NCBI GenBank assembly: GCA_963731885.1
Contig: CAVSXR010000021.1
Location: 22,067-54,066, forward strand
DNA: 32,000 nucleotides
DNA from: an uncultured Acidimicrobiaceae bacterium
Lineage (GTDB): Bacteria; Actinomycetota; Acidimicrobiia; Acidimicrobiales; Salinilacustritrichaceae
Direction of reading: 5' to 3'
Numbering within the stretch: the stretch's first letter is position 1; the number at the start of each line of letters is the position of its first letter. The notes beneath the pieces are model-generated. The model was given only the letters and a program-made list of their open reading frames with translations. It was not told where the DNA came from and did not search any database. Positions 22,011-30,297 of the stretch are shown piece by piece. The position numbers and the translations under genes were made by a program.

Positions 22011-22039
22011 GAAGGCCCAGGTCGCTGACCTGGGCCTTC
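22011..22039. terminator. Perfect 13-bp-stem hairpin between integrase and tRNA (bidirectional terminator candidate)
   Basis: gaaggcccaggtc-gct-gacctgggccttc lies 10 nt downstream of the tRNA CCA end and 25 nt after the integrase stop. There is no U-tract, consistent with the I-shaped terminators common in high-GC Actinobacteria. Confidence 0.5.
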
Positions 22040-22049
22040 ACTCACAAGT

Positions 22050-22126
<77 letters not shown>

Positions 22127-22177
22127 GCGGATTGATGAATGTACCGCCGGCCCCGCGGGACTGACAACCTCGCCGGC

Positions 22178-23428
22178 TCACTCGTCGAGGTAGTCGTCCA
22201 GGAAGGCGTCGAGGGCGGCCTCGTCGTCGAGGTCGATGCCGGCGGCGACGGCCTGGTCGAGGATGGCGACTCGTCCGCCTTCGCCGGAACCACCATCGGC
22301 GGGCGTCGCATCGAGCACCGTGATGGCATCGGCCAGGTACCGGTCGCCCCAGCCCTGCTCGGCGTGCGCCCAGGGGATGAAGTCACGCAGCACGTCGGGG
22401 AAGGCGACGATCTCGTCCGGCCCGTGGAGCGACAGCGGGAGCCAGCCGGCGACCACCAGGTGGGTGACCACCGGCGACCACCGCAACGGATCACCCCCGA
22501 GGGTGTCGGTCACGAACTCCACCGCGTCGAGCAGGACCTCACGGTGGCCGCCGTGGGCCGCACCGGCGGGGCTGGCGAGGAAGCGGTCGACCACGTCGGC
22601 CTGCTCGGCCTCGGTGGCGGGCGCGGGCGGTTCGAACGCCGAACCGCCCGGGGGCAACTTGGCCACGTAGTGCTCGACGATGGTGAACAGGGCGGCGAAC
22701 TGGTCGGCCACCGGCGCCAGCTCCCCCACCTCGAACACCTTGTCGATCGCCTCGTCGATGGTGGCCGCCGCCGTCGCGGCATCGATCGACGTGACGGTCA
22801 TGCCCGGCTCGTCGGCCGACATCCGCAGGAACGCCTCGGCGTCGTCGTGGACCAGCAGGTCCTTGGCCATGCCGTCGAGGTTGCCGTCCACGTAGACCGC
22901 GAGGACGTGATCCTTCTCGACGCCCGGATGCCGGGCGGTGATCACCACGTCGTAGCCGTCGCCGAGATCGTGGGTCACCAGATGGGTACCGGTGATGTCG
23001 GCCTGGCCCACCGACCACGCCCAGGCCGGGCTCGACGGGAGCGTGCTCGCCGCCAGGCGCTCGTGCAGCGGCCACTGCAGATAGCCGAGGCCGAAGGCGT
23101 CGATCACCCAGCAGAAGTCGATCAGCACCCGCGGCGGTTGCGCCTCGAGGTGGTGGAGGCAGACCTCGACCAGCCCGTTGAGCAGCTCCTCGTGATCGGG
23201 CTCGTCGGGGTCGGGGGCTCCGAGCCCACCGGCGCCCAGCTCGGCCAGGAACTGCGACACCCGGAGCTCGATGTCGAGCGGCGACGCGTCACCGATGTCC
23301 ACGAAGCTCTCCAAGGCCGGGACGATCCCCCCGAGGGGAGGCAGGCCGGGTTCGTCGTCGGGCCAGACCTGGGGCACTGGGCGCAGCGGCCGGCGTCGTC
23401 TCGGGGAGCGTCCGTTGGTTCCGACCAT
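22178..23428 (-). CDS. Hypothetical protein (416 aa, acidic)
   Basis: A long ORF with a coding-like composition (few Arg runs, unlike its antisense partner). No domain is recognised. Confidence 0.55.
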   Translation of the reverse strand: MVGTNGRSPRRRRPLRPVPQVWPDDEPGLPPLGGIVPALESFVDIGDASPLDIELRVSQFLAELGAGGLGAPDPDEPDHEELLNGLVEVCLHHLEAQPPRVLIDFCWVIDAFGLGYLQWPLHERLAASTLPSSPAWAWSVGQADITGTHLVTHDLGDGYDVVITARHPGVEKDHVLAVYVDGNLDGMAKDLLVHDDAEAFLRMSADEPGMTVTSIDAATAAATIDEAIDKVFEVGELAPVADQFAALFTIVEHYVAKLPPGGSAFEPPAPATEAEQADVVDRFLASPAGAAHGGHREVLLDAVEFVTDTLGGDPLRWSPVVTHLVVAGWLPLSLHGPDEIVAFPDVLRDFIPWAHAEQGWGDRYLADAITVLDATPADGGSGEGGRVAILDQAVAAGIDLDDEAALDAFLDDYLDE

Positions 23429-23611
23429 CCTCCGAGGCTACGGGCGGACCGGGCCACGTGCCGAGACCGGCCCGGCACCGTCGGGGCCCTTGACGGTCGC
23501 CGGCTCACCTGCGAACCTCGACCCCACTCGCGGGAGACCCGCCTTCCGGCCCTCTGGGCCGCTCGCCGTCGCCGAGCCGACGGCCGCCCCACGTTCCCGG
23601 AAGGTCATCCC

Positions 23612-24538
23612 ATGTCCCGCACGTTCCACCGCGACACCGTCGCGGCCGACGCGTTCGTCCACCTGGTCGCCGATCAGTTGATCGCCGATCTCCGCGCCGA
23701 CACCCTCGACCCCAGCCTCGTCCACGTGACCGACGACGGATGCGACCGCTTCGAGATCGGCGTGAAGCCGCTCGACGGTCGCCACCCCAGCGAATGGCTC
23801 GTCGGCTTCACCGCGCCGTCCGACTGGCACGCCTTGGGCATGGCCACCCGGGGCTGGGCCTACCGCCTCGCCGACCGGGGCTCGCCCACCCGTCACCGGG
23901 CACGAGTGCTGGTGGTGACCCTCGTCTCCCGCACCGGAGAACTGGCGCAGCGCACCCACGTCCAGGACGACGCCGACATGGCCACCGCCCTCGGCGACGC
24001 GCCGGACGACACCGTCGGCGAGCAGATCGACCTGCTCCGCCTGGCGCTCGGTCTGCCGACGCCCCCACCCCCGTGCGGCACCGATGTGTTCTGGACCATC
24101 GAGTGGCTCAGCGCCGTGCTCGACACCGAGGTCGAGGACCTCGTCGACTGGACCGACGTCACCGACCGCCACCCCGCGATGTCTCTCGCCCGCTCGCACC
24201 ACGACCCGGCCGGGGCGAGCGAGCCCGCGTTCGCCGGGGTCGAATGGACCGCCGTCGTGGACGCCTTCACCAGCGTGTTCTCGTGGAGTCGGTTGCGGGC
24301 GCTGGTGGGCGACGACCGCCTCCCCGTCCCCGAGCTGATCCCGTCCGACGCCATGTGGTTCGACGACGGCGCCTTCGCCCGGTTCCTGCTCAGCCGCTGC
24401 CCACCCCTCGGGATGCTGCGCGACCACGCCGGTCACCACCTCCCGACGCCGCTGGCCCAGCGTCTGACCGACACCCTCGACGACCTCGGCATCCCCGCGG
24501 CGTCCTGGCCCGAGACGAGCGGCGGGGCCGAGAAGTAG
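23612..24538 (+). CDS. Hypothetical protein (308 aa)
   Basis: This is the part of the 799-aa track ORF that starts at ATG 23612 (MSRTFHRDTV..). The upstream portion is antisense to 22178-23428. No domain is recognised. Confidence 0.5.
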   Translation: MSRTFHRDTVAADAFVHLVADQLIADLRADTLDPSLVHVTDDGCDRFEIGVKPLDGRHPSEWLVGFTAPSDWHALGMATRGWAYRLADRGSPTRHRARVLVVTLVSRTGELAQRTHVQDDADMATALGDAPDDTVGEQIDLLRLALGLPTPPPPCGTDVFWTIEWLSAVLDTEVEDLVDWTDVTDRHPAMSLARSHHDPAGASEPAFAGVEWTAVVDAFTSVFSWSRLRALVGDDRLPVPELIPSDAMWFDDGAFARFLLSRCPPLGMLRDHAGHHLPTPLAQRLTDTLDDLGIPAASWPETSGGAEK

Positions 24539-24579
24539 TTGCAGGTGCAACCGGTTGACGTCCGTCGTATGGTGGACGC

Positions 24580-25191
24580 ATGGCTGCGACACCATCCTCT
24601 GCAAACCCGTCCCCCGCCACCCCGGCCTGGCACGGGATCAACCACCTCGCCCTCGTCACCGAGGACATGGACGCCACCGTTCGCTTCTGGCACGGCGTGC
24701 TCGGGGCCGAGATCGTCGCCACCATCGGCAACCCGTACTTCCGGCACTACTTCTTCCGGATCGGCACCCGGCAGACCGTGGCCTTCTTCGAGTACGCGGG
24801 CCAGCAGCTCGAGACGTTCTCCAAGCCGGCGGGCATCCCGTACCCACCCGGCGCCAGCCAGTTCGACCACCTGTCGCTCGACCTCCCCGACGAAGCCGCG
24901 CTCGAGGACCTGCAACGCCGCCTCAAGGAGCACGACTGCGAGGTCACCGACGTGGTCGACCATGGCTTCATCCGCTCGATCTACTTCACCGACCCCACCG
25001 GCATCGCCCTCGAGGCCAGCTACTGGACCCTGCCCCTCGACAGCGCGGCAGGTGGCGTCGACTACACCGACACCGACTGGTTCAGCGACCCCGATCCGGT
25101 CCCGGCGGTGCGCGAGATCATCGACGACGGTGCGGTGGCCTCCACGCCGGCGACCCGCCTCGTCGACGGAGTCGTCACCCCCGCGCCGTGA
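24580..25191 (+). CDS. VOC-family (glyoxalase/bleomycin-resistance/dioxygenase) protein
   Basis: INHLALVTEDMDATVRFWHGVLG..., ...FDHLSLDLPDEAALEDLQRRLKE.. and ..IRSIYFTDPTGIALE show a paired beta-alpha-beta-beta-beta VOC pattern with H/H/E metal ligand positions. Confidence 0.75.
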   Translation: MAATPSSANPSPATPAWHGINHLALVTEDMDATVRFWHGVLGAEIVATIGNPYFRHYFFRIGTRQTVAFFEYAGQQLETFSKPAGIPYPPGASQFDHLSLDLPDEAALEDLQRRLKEHDCEVTDVVDHGFIRSIYFTDPTGIALEASYWTLPLDSAAGGVDYTDTDWFSDPDPVPAVREIIDDGAVASTPATRLVDGVVTPAP

Positions 25192-25204
25192 TACGAGCGG
25201 CCGG

Positions 25205-26674
25205 TCAGCCGGCCGGCACCCGGGGGCGCAGCGGGGCGAAGAGGCTCTCGGCCTTGGTCGTGTCGGGATAGCCGACAACCCGGTCCGGGTCGATCAGCAT
25301 GCGCTCCAGCTGGAACGCGCCGTCGGTGCCCTGGAACGCGATCCGGTCCACCGCGATGAGGCGACCGTTGCGGAACTGCAGGAGCTGCATCTGGTAGGGC
25401 AGGTCCGCCTCGGTGAGCAGGGCCCCCATGCCGGTGGCGCCGGCGCTGCCCGCCACCACCACGACCGATCCGTCCTCGTAGCGGATCTCGGGATGGTGGA
25501 TGTGGCCGGCCAAGCCGACCTCGAACTGGCCCAGTGAGGCGTCGAGCTGCTCCGGATTGTGCACGGCCACGACATCGGGGTGCTGCACCCGGATGAGCTT
25601 GCGCAGGCGTTCGCCGGCCGCGGCCAGGTTGTCCCGGTAGCGCTGGGTCGACACGTTGTTGTCGGCGGTGAACGTCGGGTCGCCGAGACCGAGGATCTTC
25701 ACCCCACCGATGGTCACCACGCCGGGATCGAGCACCTCGATCCCCGCAGCCGCCAACGCCTCGCGCATGTGGCGGGAGTCGTGGTTGCCGGGAACGACGT
25801 AGTACGGCACATGGATCTTGGCGATGCGGTCGACGATCACGCCCTCGATGGACGCGCCGAAGCTGGTGACATCGCCGGTGTCGAGGATGGCGTCGACCCC
25901 GAACTGGGTCGCGGTGTCCTCGACCAGTTGGATGCCGACCGGGTTGGAGTGCAGATCGGACACGTGGAGGATCACCGTGTCGGCCGAGGCCGTCGGGCTG
26001 CTGTCGCCCTCGACCGAACGGTAGAGATCGACGACGCGGTCGGACAGCGCCTGGAGGCGGCCCTCGACCACGCTCACGTCGTCGATGTGGTGCTGGACCG
26101 TCGCGATGACGTCGGGCGCGGCGGCGAGGGCGCCCTCGAACTGGGGCTGGTCGAAGGAGTCGGGATCGAAGGTGACGGCCGTGACCGCTCCGGCGACGGC
26201 CACGAATCCGACGGACGCGGTGACGGTCACCGCGACGAACCGCAACCGCCGTCGGGGCAGGACCAGTCCGACCAGGATCCCGGCGAGCACCGCGGCCACC
26301 AGCGTGTGGCGGGCCAACCGCCAGAGCAGGGGCCGGAGATCGTGTTCGACCTCGACGCGGAGCGCGCCCACCGGGTCCTTCTGGCGGACCACCGCGCCGG
26401 CCTGGTCGAAGTCGATGCGGTTCACCCGGGCGTCGAAACCGAGCGGGCCACGGTGGCTGTCGACCCGGAGCATGCCGAGGGGCGGGAGGTCGATCGCAGT
26501 GTCCCCGGCCCGGAGCGATGGATCGATGGTGAGCTGGCCCGGACCGACGGTGCCGGAGACCGGCGGCTGGAGGGCGAACGATGCCGCGCCGGCGGCCGCG
26601 CCCAGCGCGACCAGGAGGACCAGGACGCCGAGCCGGCGACGGTGGCGGCGCGCGAAGGCGCGGAGACGCATCAT
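25205..26674 (-). CDS. Membrane-anchored metallophosphoesterase (calcineurin-like)
   Basis: Start at MMRLRAF..VLVLLVALG (TM). The motifs are ILHVSDLH, DTGDVTSFG, VPGNHDS and AGHIHH (the D-x-H / GD / GNH[DE] / GH set). Confidence 0.85.
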   Translation of the reverse strand: MMRLRAFARRHRRRLGVLVLLVALGAAAGAASFALQPPVSGTVGPGQLTIDPSLRAGDTAIDLPPLGMLRVDSHRGPLGFDARVNRIDFDQAGAVVRQKDPVGALRVEVEHDLRPLLWRLARHTLVAAVLAGILVGLVLPRRRLRFVAVTVTASVGFVAVAGAVTAVTFDPDSFDQPQFEGALAAAPDVIATVQHHIDDVSVVEGRLQALSDRVVDLYRSVEGDSSPTASADTVILHVSDLHSNPVGIQLVEDTATQFGVDAILDTGDVTSFGASIEGVIVDRIAKIHVPYYVVPGNHDSRHMREALAAAGIEVLDPGVVTIGGVKILGLGDPTFTADNNVSTQRYRDNLAAAGERLRKLIRVQHPDVVAVHNPEQLDASLGQFEVGLAGHIHHPEIRYEDGSVVVVAGSAGATGMGALLTEADLPYQMQLLQFRNGRLIAVDRIAFQGTDGAFQLERMLIDPDRVVGYPDTTKAESLFAPLRPRVPAG

Positions 26675-26775
26675 CACCGCTCCTCTGTACCCCCCCACGA
26701 CCCCGAAGGTACGCCTCGTGCTCCAGATCGTGCCGCGGAGATCCACCACTGCCGCCCCGGCCCGCTCCTACGGTG

Positions 26776-27207
26776 ATGGTCATGGGTTGGTTCCGCCGCA
26801 GACGCCACGCCGCCACCGCTGCCGAAGGCGAGCCCACCGACGAGCGGTGGCTGCCGGTGCCGGTGGCCACCGCGCCGGCGCTGGCCCGCACCGAACGGGC
26901 CCTGCAGATGCTCGCCGCGCAGTCGTCGCAGCTCCATGCCAGCCTGGTCCACCTCGAGCACCGGGTCGACGCCCTGGCCGACTCGCTGGTCGACCAGCTC
27001 GAACGCCCGTCCTACGACGACGTCGTGGCCGCCCGGCTCCACACGGCCCGGGTCGCGGGTGAGCTGGCCCGCTTGGAGGTCAACATGGCGGCCCGGCTCG
27101 AAGGCGTCCGCGACGACATCCGGACCCTCCGGGGCGAGCCGCGCGTCCAGCTCGACCTGCGAGACCTGAACCCGTCGGACACCGGCTGGTCGTTGCGCGC
27201 CGGCTGA
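26776..27207 (+). CDS. Small hypothetical coiled-coil protein
   Basis: 143 aa from ATG 26776 (MVMGWFRRRRH..). The heptad-like stretch is LQMLAAQSSQLHASLVHLEHRVDALADSLVDQLE. No family is recognised. Confidence 0.45.
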   Translation: MVMGWFRRRRHAATAAEGEPTDERWLPVPVATAPALARTERALQMLAAQSSQLHASLVHLEHRVDALADSLVDQLERPSYDDVVAARLHTARVAGELARLEVNMAARLEGVRDDIRTLRGEPRVQLDLRDLNPSDTGWSLRAG

Positions 27208-27218
27208 CGCCTCGACCG

Positions 27219-30200
27219 CTACGCCTCCTCGGGCGAGGTCGTGGTGGTGGTCGAGCCCGGCGCGGTGGTGGTCGGGCTGCCGGCCGGAGCACTGGTGGTG
27301 GTCGTGGACGTCGCCAGCAGCTTCAGCGCTTCGTCGACCTTGGCCTGTGAGGCCTTGGTCTTGTCCTGGTAGGTGCCGAGGTCGCCGGCCTTCAGCGCAG
27401 CATCCGCCTCGTCAGCCAGCTTCACCGCCTCCTCGAGCAACCGGGCGGCCCGCTCGTTGACCGTGCCCGTCTCGTCCGGGGGGTTGCCGGGAACGGTGGT
27501 GGTCGTGGTCGAGCCGCCGGGCTCGGTGACCACCTCCTCGATCGAGGGCACCGCGCCGACCAGCGACGTCAGCGCCTCGGCCAGGCTGTCACCGACCGCC
27601 ACGTTGGACTCGAAGAAGGCGATGACCTTCTTCAGCTCGGGGATCTCGACCTGCTGCGACTCGACGTACATCGGTCGCACGTAGATCAGCGAGTTGTCGA
27701 CCGGCACGAGGATGAGGTTGCCGAACTTCACGGTCGAGCCCGCTCCGCTCAGCAGCGTCTGCTGCTGGGAGACCGTGGTGTCCGACTGCATGGCGTCGGC
27801 GACGATGGCGGGGCCGTCGGGTCGGTTCTGTCGCGGCATCACGTACGTGACGAGCTCGCCGTAGTGACCGGGATCCATGCGGGCGACCATGAACGCGGTG
27901 AGCTGCTGGTTCTGGTCGTCGGCACCGAAGGGCACGAAGCTGCGCAGGAGTACGAACTCGGCCTCCTTCTCCCCGGGGAGCTGGGTCAGCAGGTAGTACG
28001 GGTCGATCCGCGCGCCCCGCGTCGAGATGGTCTGGCCGGCCGCGTTGGTGGTCTGGGTCGCCGGGCCCGCGCCGGACGTTCCGGGGTCGAGGGCCACGTT
28101 CCAGGCGTCGTTGTTGTTGTAGAACGTCGACGCGTCGTCGACGTGGTAGCGCGCCCACATGGTGGTCTGGACCCGGTAGAGGTCCTCGGGGTAGCGCAGG
28201 TGGGACACGAGGTCCTTGGGCATGGCGGTGAAGTCGGTGAACAGATCGGGGAAAGCCTTGCGCCACGCCTTGATGATCGGGTCCTGGGAGTCGATCACGT
28301 AGAACGTGACCGTGCCGTTGTAGGCGTCGACCACGGCCTTCACCGAGTTGCGGGCGTAGTTGAACCGGCCGTTGAGCCCGCTCCCACCCGGAAGCCCGGA
28401 GTTGTCGGCCCGCTGCGCGTAGGGATACCGGTCGGTGGTGGTGTAGGCGTCGGCGATCCAGTAGACGTCGCCCTTGTCGTTGATGACCGGATACGGGTCG
28501 GCGTCGAACTCGAGGAACGGCGCCAGGGTCTTGACCCGCTCCTTCACGTCGCGGATGTAGTGGATCTTCGAGCCGCCCTTGATCAGGCTGGAGATCAGCG
28601 GGTTGTAGTCGCCGAACCGGAGGGAGAACGCGACCTTGCGGAACAACGACCCCACCCCGACGCCGTCGGAGCCGTCGTAGGCGGTGTTCTTGGTGACGTT
28701 GCCCTCCTGGTAGTCGAGCTCCTCGCGGTCGGCACCGGTGATGACGTAGCCGCCGAGGTTCTCGCCGAAGTAGATCTGCGGTCGCTTCAGGGCGAGATCA
28801 GTGTTCTCCCGCACCGGGACCTGCTGGAGGGCGAACACGGGACGGCCCTGCGGGGTCTTGGTGGTGCCCGACGCCAGGATGATGCCGTAGCCGTGGGTGT
28901 AGATGACGTGCTTGGCTTCCCACGACGCGTTCTCGATGCCGGAGGTGCGCAGGTCGCGGGCCGACAGCACGACCTGGGTGAGCTTGCCGTCGATGGTGTA
29001 GCGGTCGACGTCGACGTCGTTGAGCCGGTAGTAGGGCAGGAGCTGCTCGAGGCGCGGGAACGTCTGGCCGAGGACGGTCGGCGAGGGATCCCAGAGCCGG
29101 ATGTTGCTGACCGTCTCGGCGTTGTCGGTGAGATCGACGTTGGCCTCGTCGCGATTGAGGTCGTAGTCGCTGGTGGCCACCTCACCCAGGCCGATGGCGT
29201 CGCGAGTGGCGGCGATGTTCCGGTCGATGTAGGCGCTCTCCTTGGACAGCTGGTTGGGGTCGACCTGGAAGCGCTGGATGACCTGGGGGTAGATGCCGCC
29301 GGCCACCACCGCGACCAGGCCCCACAGCCCGACACCGAGGATGGGCAGCACCCAGCCCCGCCGCCAGATGTTGACGATGAACAGGGCGAACGAGGCGACC
29401 GAGATGAGGATCAGCAGGTTCAACACCGGCAGCTGGGCCTTGACGTCGGTGTACGAGGCACCGTCGACGAAGCCACGGGTCGACGTGGTGAGCTGGAAGC
29501 GGTCGAGGTAGTACCCCGCGGCCCGGACGAGGGCGAGCAGACCGAGCAGCACCGAGACGTGCGCCTTCACCTGGGAGGAGACGCGGGGCCCGACCGTGCC
29601 CGAACCGGTGGGCTGGACGCGGATGCCGCCGTTGGCGAAGTGGGCGGCCACGGTGACGACCAGCACGATGAGCACCGAGGCGAATGCCCAGTCGGCCACC
29701 GAGGACAGGAACGGGAGCTTGAAGACGTAGAACCCGATGTCGGTACCGAACTGGGCGTCGGTCTTGCCCCAGTGGCCACCGTTCACGAACAGCAGCCACG
29801 AGCGCCACTCGCCGCTCATGCCGACGCCGGCCACCAGCGCGAGCACGAACGACAGCCCGACGCGGAACAGTCCGGTTCGGTTGCCGATGGCCTCGCGGAA
29901 TCGGTCGAACACCTCTTGTTCGGGCCCGGGAGGCGGGAACTTCGGCGCCAGGCGGTCGGCGATGTAGAGGTTCAGCCAGACGGCCACGAAGAAGATGGCG
30001 ACGAAGATGGCGGCGAGCGAAATCTTGGCGCCGAGCACGCCGGACCACACGCCCTGGAAGCCGAGCGAGTCGAACCACAGGAAGTCGGTGTAGAAGCCCG
30101 CGATCCCCCGCAACGACGTGATCAGGATGAACAGGGCGATGGCCGCGACGATCAGGATCGTGCGACCCCGGTTGGAGCCGCGGGGCCGGCGAGCGGCCGG

Positions 30201-30233
30201 CCGCGGCTTCGGCATGTCAGACGGAGGGCGCAT
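27219..30233 (-). CDS. UPF0182-family large integral membrane protein
   Basis: 1004 aa. The N-terminus ..ILIVAAIALFILITSLRGIAGFYTDFLWFDSLGFQGVWSGVLGAKI.. and ..YIDRNIAATRDAIGL.. are typical of the actinobacterial UPF0182 family. It has about 7 N-terminal TM segments, a large extracytoplasmic domain and a Thr/Pro-rich tail. Confidence 0.85.
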   Translation of the reverse strand: MRPPSDMPKPRPAARRPRGSNRGRTILIVAAIALFILITSLRGIAGFYTDFLWFDSLGFQGVWSGVLGAKISLAAIFVAIFFVAVWLNLYIADRLAPKFPPPGPEQEVFDRFREAIGNRTGLFRVGLSFVLALVAGVGMSGEWRSWLLFVNGGHWGKTDAQFGTDIGFYVFKLPFLSSVADWAFASVLIVLVVTVAAHFANGGIRVQPTGSGTVGPRVSSQVKAHVSVLLGLLALVRAAGYYLDRFQLTTSTRGFVDGASYTDVKAQLPVLNLLILISVASFALFIVNIWRRGWVLPILGVGLWGLVAVVAGGIYPQVIQRFQVDPNQLSKESAYIDRNIAATRDAIGLGEVATSDYDLNRDEANVDLTDNAETVSNIRLWDPSPTVLGQTFPRLEQLLPYYRLNDVDVDRYTIDGKLTQVVLSARDLRTSGIENASWEAKHVIYTHGYGIILASGTTKTPQGRPVFALQQVPVRENTDLALKRPQIYFGENLGGYVITGADREELDYQEGNVTKNTAYDGSDGVGVGSLFRKVAFSLRFGDYNPLISSLIKGGSKIHYIRDVKERVKTLAPFLEFDADPYPVINDKGDVYWIADAYTTTDRYPYAQRADNSGLPGGSGLNGRFNYARNSVKAVVDAYNGTVTFYVIDSQDPIIKAWRKAFPDLFTDFTAMPKDLVSHLRYPEDLYRVQTTMWARYHVDDASTFYNNNDAWNVALDPGTSGAGPATQTTNAAGQTISTRGARIDPYYLLTQLPGEKEAEFVLLRSFVPFGADDQNQQLTAFMVARMDPGHYGELVTYVMPRQNRPDGPAIVADAMQSDTTVSQQQTLLSGAGSTVKFGNLILVPVDNSLIYVRPMYVESQQVEIPELKKVIAFFESNVAVGDSLAEALTSLVGAVPSIEEVVTEPGGSTTTTTVPGNPPDETGTVNERAARLLEEAVKLADEADAALKAGDLGTYQDKTKASQAKVDEALKLLATSTTTTSAPAGSPTTTAPGSTTTTTSPEEA

Positions 30234-30238
30234 GAGGC

Positions 30239-30264
30239 GCTGAGCCTACAGAGGCGGGCTCAGC
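30239..30264 (-). terminator. Hairpin between the coiled-coil protein gene and the UPF0182 gene
   Basis: gctgagcc-N10-ggctcagc (8-bp stem) lies 34 nt downstream of the stop at 30298. Confidence 0.35.
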
Positions 30265-30297
30265 TGGCCATCGCGACCCCGGCGGCGGTGGTGTCGG

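Noticed and set aside
22139-23611. N-terminal 490 codons of the 799-aa plus-strand ORF
   Set aside because: They are antisense to the better-looking 22178-23428 gene and start inside the tRNA region. Only the part from ATG 23612 has a plausible protein-like sequence.
23438-24604. 388-aa minus-strand ORF
   Set aside because: It is antisense to 23612-24538 and has a Gly/Arg/Val-rich composition. I preferred the plus-strand gene, though neither has a recognised domain, so this choice is not certain.
25062-26891. 609-aa minus-strand ORF
   Set aside because: It is an alternative frame of the metallophosphoesterase gene and is extremely Arg/Pro/Gly-rich. The 25205-26674 frame carries all the phosphoesterase motifs.
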